Source of the DNA: Rhabdochlamydiaceae bacterium | GTDB lineage: Bacteria; Chlamydiota; Chlamydiia; Chlamydiales; Rhabdochlamydiaceae | Direction of reading: 5' to 3' | Assembly (NCBI GenBank): GCA_047459655.1 | Contig: JAJREF010000001.1 | Coordinates: 688,626-752,625, forward strand | DNA length: 64,000 bases | Shown here: positions 10,163-19,456 of the stretch, piece after piece | Layout of the letters: every line of letters begins with the position of its first letter | How positions within the stretch are numbered: the first letter of the stretch is position 1 | Notes under the pieces: model-generated | Databases searched by the model: none | What the model saw: only the letters and a program-made list of their open reading frames with translations | What the model was told of the DNA's origin: nothing | Program-made: the position numbers and the translations under genes

Positions 10163-10882
10163 ATGAGAGCATTCACACTGCTGGTTCTTCTCGTTGTAAA
10201 TCTAACTGTAAATGCTAACAAACAAGCAATTGACCAGCTTGTTTATGAAATCCGCAATCCCCAAACCGAGCCTTCTTTGTTCCGCCGGGCCTTAGAAAAA
10301 ATTGGCGAATATCTAGCTTTGAATATCTTAGAAGAATTGAGCACAAAAGAAACAACCATTCGAACTCTTACCGACACCGAAGCTACCCATCAACTTCTCG
10401 ATGAAACTCCTGTTTTAGTGACCATTCTTCGAGCAGGACTTCCCCTGAATGCAGGCGTACATAAGGTGTTTCCAAAAGCAGAAGTTGGATTCCTTGCGAT
10501 GTCAAGAAATGAAGAAACATTAAAAGCGCAATTAGACTACGTAGCGCTCCCCTGCTTAAAAGATCGGACCGTTATCCTTGCTGACACTATGCTAGCTACA
10601 GGAGGATCGATACTCGATGCTATCCAAATCGTCAAGCAATATGAACCCAGACAAATCTTTATCATTGCTGCGATTGCCTCAGAACCCGGCATAAGACGCC
10701 TCTTAGACTATGATTCTACTATCAAAATTTTTACAGCCGCTGTCGATCCCTCTCTAAATCATAAGGGATACATCATTCCGGGACTAGGTGATGCTGGAGA
10801 TCGATCTTATGGTAAAAAACATCCAGCAGAAAGCCTACTAAAATGTTCGCAAGAGACTCTTCCCGACAAATCAGATATCTAA
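10163..10882 (+). CDS. upp: uracil phosphoribosyltransferase
   Basis: ILRAG, DTMLATGGS, GYIIPGLGDAGDR; GGAGG RBS at 10152. Confidence 0.93.
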   Translation: MRAFTLLVLLVVNLTVNANKQAIDQLVYEIRNPQTEPSLFRRALEKIGEYLALNILEELSTKETTIRTLTDTEATHQLLDETPVLVTILRAGLPLNAGVHKVFPKAEVGFLAMSRNEETLKAQLDYVALPCLKDRTVILADTMLATGGSILDAIQIVKQYEPRQIFIIAAIASEPGIRRLLDYDSTIKIFTAAVDPSLNHKGYIIPGLGDAGDRSYGKKHPAESLLKCSQETLPDKSDI

Positions 10883-10887
10883 AAAGA

Positions 10888-10915
10888 AGAAGGCCGTAAG
10901 AGCAGCCTTCTTTTA
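10888..10915 (+). terminator. probable intrinsic terminator after upp
   Basis: AGAAGGC-N10-GCCTTCT followed by TTT. Confidence 0.5.
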
Positions 10916-10943
10916 ACGATCGTGTTGGGGTGTATTTGCTTAA

Positions 10944-11008
10944 GGAACCTCTGGACAAGCCATTTGCCAGATCTTGGTGCCAATTTTTGCGAATACTAGA
11001 TTTTTCGA
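10944..11008. mobile_element. half copy of the palindromic MITE, cut by the group II intron
   Basis: TTAA(10940-10943)+GGAACCTCTGGACAAG...GAATACTAGATTTTTCGA aligns with the right arm of copies 1 and 2 and stops exactly at the intron 3' end. Confidence 0.88.
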
Positions 11009-12940
11009 ATCGCGTAGGAGGGAGCCTTTAGGCTCCCGTCCTCGCACACCACCGTACGTACGGGACCGTATACGGCGGTTCCTGATCACTATGACCCAGC
11101 TCGCACTATGTTCATCATAGGTGTGTATCCCATTGCTTCAATAACCCTATTTGATACCCCTTTGTGCATGCAGTAGGTCTTTGCCATTCTCCATGGCCCT
11201 TTACTACTATATGCATGCTTTCTGGCGGTGCTATCTTTAAGTCCAAGTTCTTCTAGTCGTTTATGTCGCGTTCTAGGTTGCTTCCACTGTCGCCAGAGGA
11301 TAGACCTTATCTTGCGCCTTATCCATCCATCTAATTTCTCAAAGATTCCTCGTTCATCCGCTATGCCAAAGTAATTGGCCCATCCTCTTGTAAGTGGCAT
11401 GAGTTGTTTTCGGATGCTATTCGTTAACTTGCTGCCTCTCATCTTTTTAGTGAGTCCTTTTACTTTGTCTTTAAGGCGTTTCACTCGGCTTTCGTGAACT
11501 ACAATCCGATGCGGCTGTTTTTCCGCTTTGAAGGTAAACCCTAAGAACGTGCGCTTCCATGGGTTATCCACAGCACTTTTCTGCTCATTGACTTTGAGTT
11601 TGAGCTTCTTAGTCAGATATCTGACTGCTGCTTCCATTACGCGTTTGCCTGCTCTTTCTGTTTTAACATAGATATTGCAGTCATCAGCATATCTTGAAAA
11701 TCGCAGTTTTCTCTTCTCTAATTCTCTATCAAAGTCGTCTAGCATGATGTTGGATAGTAATGGTGAGAGGGGCCCGCCTTGCGGCGTGCCCTCTTCTGTT
11801 ACTTTTACAAGTCCATCCTCCATGACTCCTGCTTGGAGATATCTCCTGATCAGAAGGAGGATTTTCTTGTCCTTCACTCGTCTTGCTACTCTTGCCATCA
11901 ACATGTCATGGTTGACTTTATCGAAGAACTTTTCCAGGTCGATATCTACAACCCATGTGCATCCTTCTTGGATGTATGCTTGGGCTTGTAGCACGGCTTG
12001 CTGAGCGCTTCGATTGGGTCTAAATCCATAGCTATGTTGGGAGAATGTTGGATCGAATACAACGACTAGCTCTTGATGTATGGCCTGCTGGATGATCCTA
12101 TCCATGACGGTGGGGATTCCCAATTGTCGAACCCCTTTTCCATCTGGTTTTGGTATTTCCACCCGTCTTACGGGGCTTGGCAAGTATTTTCCATCAAGGA
12201 TGTCTTGTTTGATCTTGGGCCATTTCTTATGCATGACCTCTTTGATCTCTTCTGTGGTGATACCATCTATTCCAGGTGCTCCTTTGTTACGTATTACCGC
12301 TTCAATGGCTTTCTGGATATTGCTATCCTTCGTGACTCCTTCTATCGTTGCGATAGGGGCGTCATAAGGATCGCTAGGTAGGAGAGATGTTTTCCTTTCT
12401 GCCTTGTCAACTGTCGCACTTTTCAGAAGCTGTGAGGGACTCTCTCCCGGGTCTTCTGTTTGAGCTTTGGATTTTTCCTCTTTTCTGCGATTATTTGTTG
12501 TCATAGAAGTTTGGTTCTCTCCTTTGTTTTCATGTTCGGACCTTCAGTGTCTTAAAAAAAACACCTACTACGTCGTCTGCTGACTGCTGTACCGTTCGCG
12601 TCGTCTCTCCGAGACACCGCTAGCGCTGTCGTTCCCCTCTTTTGTCGGGTACTAGTCAGGCGTGGATACAGCTCTCACCGGGTAATTCATCATACTTTCC
12701 TACTAGCCTGTCGCATCTACATGAACCCTTCCGAGCAAGTATAGGACTTTGGATTCCAGTGCATCCTTATCCTAGGGTTACTGCCTCATATGCGCTTCCT
12801 ATTCGTCGGGCCAGCATTTTTGTATACGGCTTTCTTCAGATCCCGCTTCACGGCGGGCACCCTTGCCTTCTCTAATGGTTCTCCTTGCTAGAGTCCATAG
12901 AGGACTTTCACCTCCTAGTGTGATGACATACCGGTCGCAC
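11009..12940 (-). mobile_element. group II intron, class IIC
   Basis: 5' GTGCG at 12940; domain V GAACCGCCGTATACGGTCCCGTACGTACGGTGGTGTG; domain VI ending CCTACGCGAT at 11009; inserted just after a stem-loop; RT has no En domain. Confidence 0.93.
11089..12504 (-). CDS. ltrA: group II intron reverse transcriptase/maturase
   Basis: NKGAPGIDG, RQLGIPTVMDR, GTPQGGPLSPLLSNI, RYADD, X domain GWANYF; no HNH. Confidence 0.96.
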   Translation of the reverse strand: MTTNNRRKEEKSKAQTEDPGESPSQLLKSATVDKAERKTSLLPSDPYDAPIATIEGVTKDSNIQKAIEAVIRNKGAPGIDGITTEEIKEVMHKKWPKIKQDILDGKYLPSPVRRVEIPKPDGKGVRQLGIPTVMDRIIQQAIHQELVVVFDPTFSQHSYGFRPNRSAQQAVLQAQAYIQEGCTWVVDIDLEKFFDKVNHDMLMARVARRVKDKKILLLIRRYLQAGVMEDGLVKVTEEGTPQGGPLSPLLSNIMLDDFDRELEKRKLRFSRYADDCNIYVKTERAGKRVMEAAVRYLTKKLKLKVNEQKSAVDNPWKRTFLGFTFKAEKQPHRIVVHESRVKRLKDKVKGLTKKMRGSKLTNSIRKQLMPLTRGWANYFGIADERGIFEKLDGWIRRKIRSILWRQWKQPRTRHKRLEELGLKDSTARKHAYSSKGPWRMAKTYCMHKGVSNRVIEAMGYTPMMNIVRAGS

Positions 12941-13157
12941 ACAGAAGCCAAACTCTTGGCTTCTTTCATAGGCAAAAAAAAGCTTCCCCGTCGGGGAAGC
13001 TTTTGTTTTGCCGATGACCGGCTCCGGGCTACCCGCCGGTTCGTGTCCTGCATGACACTTCACTTCGAGTCCGGACAGAAGCCAAACTCTTGGCTTCTTT
13101 CATAGGCAAAAAAAAAGCTTCCCCGTCTGGGGAAGCCTTTGTTTTGCCGATGACCGG
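12941..13157 (-). repeat. tandem ~81-bp repeat of tRNA 3' end + terminator + hairpin (12941..13021 and 13075..13157)
   Basis: Both copies read CCGGTCATCGGCA-AAACAAA-GCTTCCCC..GGGGAAGC-T8/9-GCCTATGA-A-AGAAGCCAA GAGT TTGGCTTCT-GT; 53-bp spacer. Confidence 0.92.
13107..13137 (-). terminator. intrinsic terminator of tRNA-Leu(CAA)
   Basis: GCTTCCCC-AGAC-GGGGAAGC followed by T9. Confidence 0.85.
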
Positions 13158-13227
13158 ACTCGAACCAGCACCTTATTGCTAAGAGTAGATTTTGAGTCTA
13201 CCGCGTCTGCCATTTCGCCACATCGGC
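13145..13227 (-). tRNA. tRNA-Leu(CAA)
   Basis: GCCGATG acceptor, anticodon arm GTAGA-CTCAAAA-TCTAC, long variable arm, GGTTCGAGTCC. Confidence 0.95.
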
Positions 13228-13244
13228 ATGATAGACGTGGCGGT

Positions 13245-13273
13245 AAGTTAGCAGTAAAACTAAAAAAAAGCAA
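13245..13273 (-). promoter_or_regulatory. putative sigma66/sigma70 promoter of tRNA-Leu
   Basis: TTGCTT-17bp-TAACTT with TG extended -10; the IS target duplication starts directly upstream of the -35. Confidence 0.5.
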
Positions 13274-13289
13274 TAGACCTCTTTCGAAA

Positions 13290-14753
13290 TGTTAGCCCAA
13301 AATGATAATGTCCTCTTTCTGCTAAATAGAAATGTCCTCTTTTGAAGATACTGACCTCATTCAAATTTGTTTTTGAAAGGAGGTGAGAGTGAAGGAGTTG
13401 ATAACTATGAGCAGAAGAGAATTAGAAAGAGTTGAAATGATGCGCAATTTAAAAAGAAAAAGCTTTTCCCAGATAGAAGTGGGACAACGTCTGGGGATAA
13501 CAGCCAGACAAGTTAGACGTTTAAAACAAGCTTACGAACTGCATGGAGAAGCTGGCTTAGTTTCCAAAAAGAGAGGGCAGCCTAGTAATCGCAGGTTAAC
13601 AGAAGCTTTAGATCACAAGTCCTAAAGCTGATTTCCGCTCATTATGCAGATTATGGCCCTACGTTAGCTCAAGAAAAGTTAGAGGAAAAACATAAGCTTA
13701 CATTGTCTATAGAGACGCTTAGGAAATGGATGATAGAAGAAAATATTTGGTCTCCTAAAAAAGCTAAAAAGGCAGTTATCCACCCGATGAGACCAAGAAG
13801 GAGTCAGTATGGAGATCTTGTACAAATAGACGGATCTCCCCATGACTGGTTTGAAAATAGAGGACCCAGGTGTACCCTTTTAGTATACATTGATGATGCA
13901 ACTAGTAGACTTGTCGAGCTGTTTTTTCTCTTGGTGAAACAACAGAATCTTATTTTAAAGCGACAAAAAGGTATCTAAAGAGATGTGGAAAACCACTTGC
14001 TTTCTACAGCGATAAATATGGAGTTTTTAGAGTCAACCACAAAGAAGCTGTATCTGGTAATGGAGTGACAGAGTTTGGAAGAGTCCTAAAAAAACTCGAT
14101 ATCAAGCTCATTTGTGCCAATACACCCCAGGCAAAAGGAAGAGTTGAAAAAGCCAATCAAACATTGCAAGATCGTTTAGTCAAGGAGATGAGAGAAAAAA
14201 ATATTTCAACTATTGAAAAGGCAAATGAATGGATTCCCGAGTTCATAGAGAAGTATAACAAAAAATTTGCCGTAGCTCCTAGAAACGCAGAAGATGCTCA
14301 TCGAGCTTTAAAACCAGAAGAGAACTTAGAAGAGATTTTCAGTTACCAGGAAATCCGATGTCTCTCTAAAAACTTAAGCTTCCAATACAAAAACAGTCTT
14401 TATCAGATCGATAGTGAAAGATCATCATACACTCTAAGGAAAGCAAAAGTCATGCTTCTAGAAGATCTCAATGGACGGGTAAGAGTGCTGTATAAGGGCA
14501 AGGAGTTAAAATACAAGATATATGGGGAAGAACCGCAAGGGAAAATTGTGATGTCCAAAGAAATAGATTTAGCACTTAATTGGATAAACAAAAAACCTCA
14601 AAAACCTTCAAGGAGTCACCCGTGGAGATAAGAGAAGAGCTTTTGAAAATGGGTATTTTAGATAAAAAACGGACAAGTCCAATGAAGATCAGAACATCCA
14701 AAGAGGACATTTCTAAATTGGAGAAAAGCGGACATTTCTATTTTGCGTTGACA
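13290..14753 (+). mobile_element. IS1202-family (ISNCY) insertion sequence, 1464 bp, 16-bp target duplication
   Basis: TGT...ACA ends; imperfect IRs with two AATGTCC sub-repeats per end; DR TAGACCTCTTTCGAAA at 13274-13289 and 14754-14769. Confidence 0.9.
13383..14631 (+). CDS. ISNCY/IS1202-type DDE transposase, two frameshifts
   Basis: N-terminal HTH, LVQIDGSPHDWFE, IDDATS, YSDKY, PQAKGRVEKANQTLQDRL across three ORF fragments. Confidence 0.9.
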
Positions 14754-14778
14754 TAGACCTCTTTCGAAATTCTAACGC

Positions 14779-14994
14779 TTAACGCTTTTCTTGGGGAGTC
14801 TCTTCCCAGGGATAGGGTTCTCTAGTGCAGGGCTTGGGGGCTTCTACTTGGTAGAAGACCTCGTTTGCCTTGCGATAGATGTACTCCCCCTTGGCATTTT
14901 GTTCGCGTATTTTTTCTTTTTCCGTCTTTTCTAGCCCAGAGCAAGAAAAAAATAAGGGGAAAACGATAAATAGCCGTAGCGTATTAATAAACAT
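14779..14994 (-). CDS. small putative lipoprotein
   Basis: Hydrophobic leader ending LFFSC followed by a hydrophilic tail. Confidence 0.5.
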   Translation of the reverse strand: MFINTLRLFIVFPLFFSCSGLEKTEKEKIREQNAKGEYIYRKANEVFYQVEAPKPCTREPYPWEETPQEKR

Positions 14995-15042
14995 TTTTTT
15001 AGATTGCGATTTAAGGGACGGTAAAAACCCTAAGAGGACATC

Positions 15043-16341
15043 ATGCTGGGCAGGGTCTTGGTACAAGATGAGGATAGACTTCTTTTTTGTTTTTTAGAAG
15101 ATAAAAATTTCGGCGTTCGCTTGGCTAAAAATAAGCAAATGGCTTTTTCCCTCCTCCAGGAAGAACCCTTTGATCTTATTTTTTGCGAAGAAATAGAAGT
15201 CCTAAAAATGGCCAAGACCCTCTACCCTGAATCAATTGTCATTGTGCTGGCCTCTATTCCCAATGTTGGAAGTGCCATAGAAGCGATGCGCCTAGGAGCT
15301 TTTGATTATTTAACAAAACCTATTGCCTCTGCTGCCTTAGAAAAGGTGCTAGAAAGAGTAGAAAGTGCGCTTGTTCTGAAAAAAGAGGTGGTCTTTCAGG
15401 CAAGGGGCAAGTTAGAGAGGATCATGACGGAGAGCTCTGTCATGAAACAAATCCTGGCAGATATCGCTAAAATTGCAAAAAGCAACGCCTCTGTTTTTAT
15501 CTGCGGAGAGTCAGGAACAGGTAAGGAAGTGATTGCGCATGCAATCCACTTTCACTCCCATAGAGCCTCCTCCCCTTTTATCAAGGTTAATTGTGCGGCG
15601 ATTCCAGAGTCTCTGATCGAATCAGAATTTTTTGGACATGAAAAAGGCTCTTTTACAGGAGCAATTGAAAAGCGTCTAGGTAGGTTTGAACTCGCACACA
15701 AGGGAACACTCCTTCTAGATGAAGTCTCTGAAATTCCTCTTAGCCTCCAAGCTAAGCTTCTGCGGGCTGTGCAAGAACAAGAGTTTGAGCGAGTGGGTGG
15801 ATCAAAAGCCCTCCAAGTCGATGTACGCTTTATTGCCACCTCTAATCGCAACATGAAAGAAACAGTCGAAAAAAAATTATTTCGAGAAGATTTGTACTAC
15901 CGTCTCAATGTAGTCCCTATACAACTCCCTCCCCTAAGAGAGAGGAAAGAAGACATTCTGGGGCTAGCAGAACATTTTCTCCATAATTTCTGCTTAGAAA
16001 ACCATAAAAGTCGCAAACAGCTATCTATGGAAGCAAAAAAAACACTTCTTGATTACCACTGGCCCGGTAATATCCGAGAACTGGCCAATGTGCTGGAAAG
16101 AACGGTTGTAATGGATCTGAGTGATGTGATTGAATCGGCTCATTTAAGGCTGGAGATCTCTTGTCCGATTATTCCTCATCTGACATCTTTAAAGGGGTTA
16201 ACGCTAGGAGAGGTAGAAAAAAAACACATCCTAGATACCCTTGTAACTCACAATCACAATCGCACGCAGGCAGCAAAAGCGCTAGGAATTAGCTTACGCA
16301 CGCTCAGAAACAAGCTTGCTCAATACCGTCTAGAGAGGTAA
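15043..16341 (+). CDS. atoC: sigma-54-dependent activator (AtoC/CtcC/NtrC family)
   Basis: Receiver-like N-terminus, GESGTGKE, GSFTGA, LLLDE, WPGNIREL, Fis HTH. Confidence 0.9.
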   Translation: MLGRVLVQDEDRLLFCFLEDKNFGVRLAKNKQMAFSLLQEEPFDLIFCEEIEVLKMAKTLYPESIVIVLASIPNVGSAIEAMRLGAFDYLTKPIASAALEKVLERVESALVLKKEVVFQARGKLERIMTESSVMKQILADIAKIAKSNASVFICGESGTGKEVIAHAIHFHSHRASSPFIKVNCAAIPESLIESEFFGHEKGSFTGAIEKRLGRFELAHKGTLLLDEVSEIPLSLQAKLLRAVQEQEFERVGGSKALQVDVRFIATSNRNMKETVEKKLFREDLYYRLNVVPIQLPPLRERKEDILGLAEHFLHNFCLENHKSRKQLSMEAKKTLLDYHWPGNIRELANVLERTVVMDLSDVIESAHLRLEISCPIIPHLTSLKGLTLGEVEKKHILDTLVTHNHNRTQAAKALGISLRTLRNKLAQYRLER

Positions 16342-18055
16342 TCTCTTTTTCAATGCACTCTTTTAAGTGCATCCACCGCGCTCTTTCAAAGTTGGAAGCT
16401 CTTTCTAGATATAAAGGGTGATCTTTCTCTTCAGGAATCAAAAAACTGTGTCGGTAGGCAAGCTCAAAAGCAAAGAGCGTGCCGGCAAGGAAGGGTTTGT
16501 AGGCTTCTTCCTCTTCTAAATCCATTTCTAGAACGATTTTAGTCCCGCTATTTAGCCTTTCTTCTAAAATCTTCTGCGTGAGTGTTAAGCACCTTTTGAG
16601 ACTCTCTTGAAGTCTAGAAAAGAGCTTCTCGATATCTGCAGAAGAAATCGCTAATTGGGTATGCTCGATGTTCTTTTGAATTTCTTTTCTTAAGTTGCGT
16701 GGCCGAGGGGCATACTCTTGCAGGATATCTCCTAAATTTTTATAGGGAATATGGGTAAATCCAAGACCTCTAGCGGATGCATCGAAAAATTGCCTATCTG
16801 AGCGCTCTTTTGCGTACTGCGAGAGTGTATCTGACTCCATGATCCACTTGACGAGGGTCGCAACAGGATTCCCCTGACGATTTTTTCGGACAATGAGCTG
16901 ATCTGACACTTTTGTCTCTTGTAGGAGTTTTTCCATGGTCATACTTCCTGTACTTACAACGCCTGGTGCATACATCTGCATGCCAGCATAGGAAAGATCA
17001 ACGCCTACAAAAATGATGGGATTGCAGCCCCATGCATAGGCAAGTGCAGCTGTTAATGTTGTAATAGAAAGCGCCTCTCTACCTAGAGAAGGTCCTATAG
17101 ATAGCTCATCGAGCCCTAAAGCAGCTTCTAAATGAGCTTCTAAAGGCCCTCCTGTTTTGGAAGATAAATATCCTAAAGGCCCTGAAAAAAGATCGAGCAC
17201 CTTAGGAAACAGTCTAGAAGAAAAAATCAAAGGTGTGTCGGGGCATTTGAGATGTTTGAGGTGTTCATACTCTTGAGGGTTAGGATCGATTGCTAGAGCA
17301 AAATGGGGCTGAATGTTAAGCGCTCCTAGTGCTGAGATGGCAGAACCTGCCGCCAGAATGAGCGCCTTCTCTTCACAGGTTTTTAAAATGTCTTGCGCCT
17401 CTGCCAGGGAAGGCCCTGCGCCGCAGATGATCGCCGGAGTCCCTTTGAAGATCCCCTGCCACTTATTCACATAAAAAGTCTCCGGCAAATGGAGAATATT
17501 TTGTAGAATATTTCTATGGAAAAGAGGGGAAAGGAGCTCTTCCGACAGGAGGGCATTCCAAAGAACTGTCTTTCTCTGAAGACTCAGCTTAATTTGCCTT
17601 AGCCGGCTACTTTTCTTCCTAGCATAAGAAGGAAGGGCTATGACTTGAATATGGGCAGAGGAAAAGCGTTTGGCGCAATCCTCCAAAGCAGAATCCCACA
17701 TGCTAGAGTGAGGGATAAACTTAAGAAAGACCTGAGGATGATTGAGAATCTCTTGAGATGTTTTCCAAAAAGCATCTAAAACCCCTAAATCATCTTCCAA
17801 AATGACAACCACACGTGAGGATTTCTCTGTCAGCCACGCCTCAACGGAATAAAGGTGGTGACCAAGCCCTATACCATAGACATAAAGAGTATCTATGTGA
17901 GAAGTAAATGAGAGAAGCTCTGTCTGCTTTTCTACATGCAATACAAAATTGCCACGGCGTGCGTTGCATTTACCATCCTGGTCCTGAAATAATTCAAAAG
18001 GCTCAAAGGGAGTAAGGCGTAAGTGAACGTCTATGTCAGCGTAGTTAGCCTGCAT
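16304..18055 (-). CDS. Maf/DUF115 (MptE-like) putative glycosyltransferase
   Basis: PAIICGAGPSL, IDPN, GCNPIIFVGVDLSY. Confidence 0.8.
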   Translation of the reverse strand: MQANYADIDVHLRLTPFEPFELFQDQDGKCNARRGNFVLHVEKQTELLSFTSHIDTLYVYGIGLGHHLYSVEAWLTEKSSRVVVILEDDLGVLDAFWKTSQEILNHPQVFLKFIPHSSMWDSALEDCAKRFSSAHIQVIALPSYARKKSSRLRQIKLSLQRKTVLWNALLSEELLSPLFHRNILQNILHLPETFYVNKWQGIFKGTPAIICGAGPSLAEAQDILKTCEEKALILAAGSAISALGALNIQPHFALAIDPNPQEYEHLKHLKCPDTPLIFSSRLFPKVLDLFSGPLGYLSSKTGGPLEAHLEAALGLDELSIGPSLGREALSITTLTAALAYAWGCNPIIFVGVDLSYAGMQMYAPGVVSTGSMTMEKLLQETKVSDQLIVRKNRQGNPVATLVKWIMESDTLSQYAKERSDRQFFDASARGLGFTHIPYKNLGDILQEYAPRPRNLRKEIQKNIEHTQLAISSADIEKLFSRLQESLKRCLTLTQKILEERLNSGTKIVLEMDLEEEEAYKPFLAGTLFAFELAYRHSFLIPEEKDHPLYLERASNFERARWMHLKECIEKEITSLDGIEQACF

Positions 18056-19456
18056 GGTCGATTAATTGAGGTTGCAGATTTTTATAAAAGAGTATTTTGT
18101 GTAAAAATAGGCCAGCTTCCCCATCTTTATTGTGACGTAAGATCACCTGTTTCCATACATCCCAAATAGGAAGCAATAAAACCTTGTAACTTATCTCTTC
18201 AGAAAGCTCCTGCTCTAAGAGAGCCGACGCCCCACTTTCATGAGCAGAATAGGGATATACACGCTCTATCTCTTTAAACAAACTATCCACGATTTTAAAA
18301 GAGCGGAGTAGAGAATTTTCGAGAGTTTCGAGTAGGGTCCCTTTTTGGACCGCTGTCAAGTAAGAGATAGGCACTCTCAAATCCTCTTGGGGTGTTAAAG
18401 AAGCGATCACATCGCGCAAAGGCTTATCTTGTACGCCAGCAAACCCAAGCCCCCCTCCGTTGCGTTGATCCAGGTGGTATCAGGGTGCTGCCTGGCAAAA
18501 TTCTCTACCCACTCAGCGGCTAAGATCCAGTCGATCTGTGCAAAGAGAACCTCTCCTTGTTTGCTGGTCACTGCCTTTCTTTGAGCTGTTCCCCCTCCTT
18601 GGACTCCTGCTGCATATGTGTGCTCTTGAGAGGCGGCAAAATCCATCCCTACAAAAATAATTGGATTGCATCCTAACTGATAGGCAAGTGCAGCACAAAA
18701 AGTTCCAACTGTCCAGCCTCCATCAAAAGGGGATGGCAATCCCATTTCTTTTTCCAACCACATCTCTAAAGGATAGTTTCCGTTGCCCCCGACGATTAAT
18801 TTGGGGCCTTTTGCGCATGCTACTGCTTGGCTATCAGTCCGCAGTTGAAAAAATACGGGGTTATTAGTGGGAGAAAATGTGTGAGCAGAAGCCGGGTCAA
18901 CGTGTGCTTCTAAATGGGGCTCTATACCTATTTTTTTCAGCGCTTGCGTTGCTCCTCCTCCAGCTATAAGAAGGGCTTTAGAAGAGAGTTCTTTTAAGAG
19001 CTCCCCATTTTTGCGTAAAGAAGGCCCTGCTCCGCATATAACGGCGGGAACTCCCTTGTACTTTCCAAAAAGTGCATCTGCTCGACAAAAATCGGTTTGT
19101 AAATTGTGTTTGATATTTTTAAAGACCTGTACGCCTTGATCCGCACAATCAGATACTCTGAAACCCACTTCTGCCTGCACACGGATAAAAGCATCTAACG
19201 CCTCTACACTCCCACCCGTTTTTTCATAAGAAAAAGGCATAAATAAGTACTTCCAAGCTACACTCTCAAACACTTCTTGTTGATTATGTTCATTAAAAAT
19301 ATAGATATCGACTTCAGAAAAAAGGGCCTTCTTAAGAAGAACAAGGGAATCGGTTTCCAAGACAACAATACATCGATCTTTTTGAGCACGCGCCCATGGC
19401 AAAAGTTTTTTAATCCTTGCTTCATCCCATCCACATAGGCACACCACACCGCTCAT
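18045..19456 (-). CDS. Maf/DUF115 paralog, frameshift near 18450
   Basis: PAVICGAGPSL, GCNPIIFVGMDFA, INATEGG; C-terminus in ORF 18045..18419. Confidence 0.78.

Noticed and set aside
11089..12504. Retron, DGR or defence RT
   Set aside because: It has a maturase X domain and lies inside a complete group II intron with GUGCG, DV and DVI
12941..13157. Mini CRISPR array
   Set aside because: Only two ~81-bp units containing a tRNA end and terminator; no cas genes
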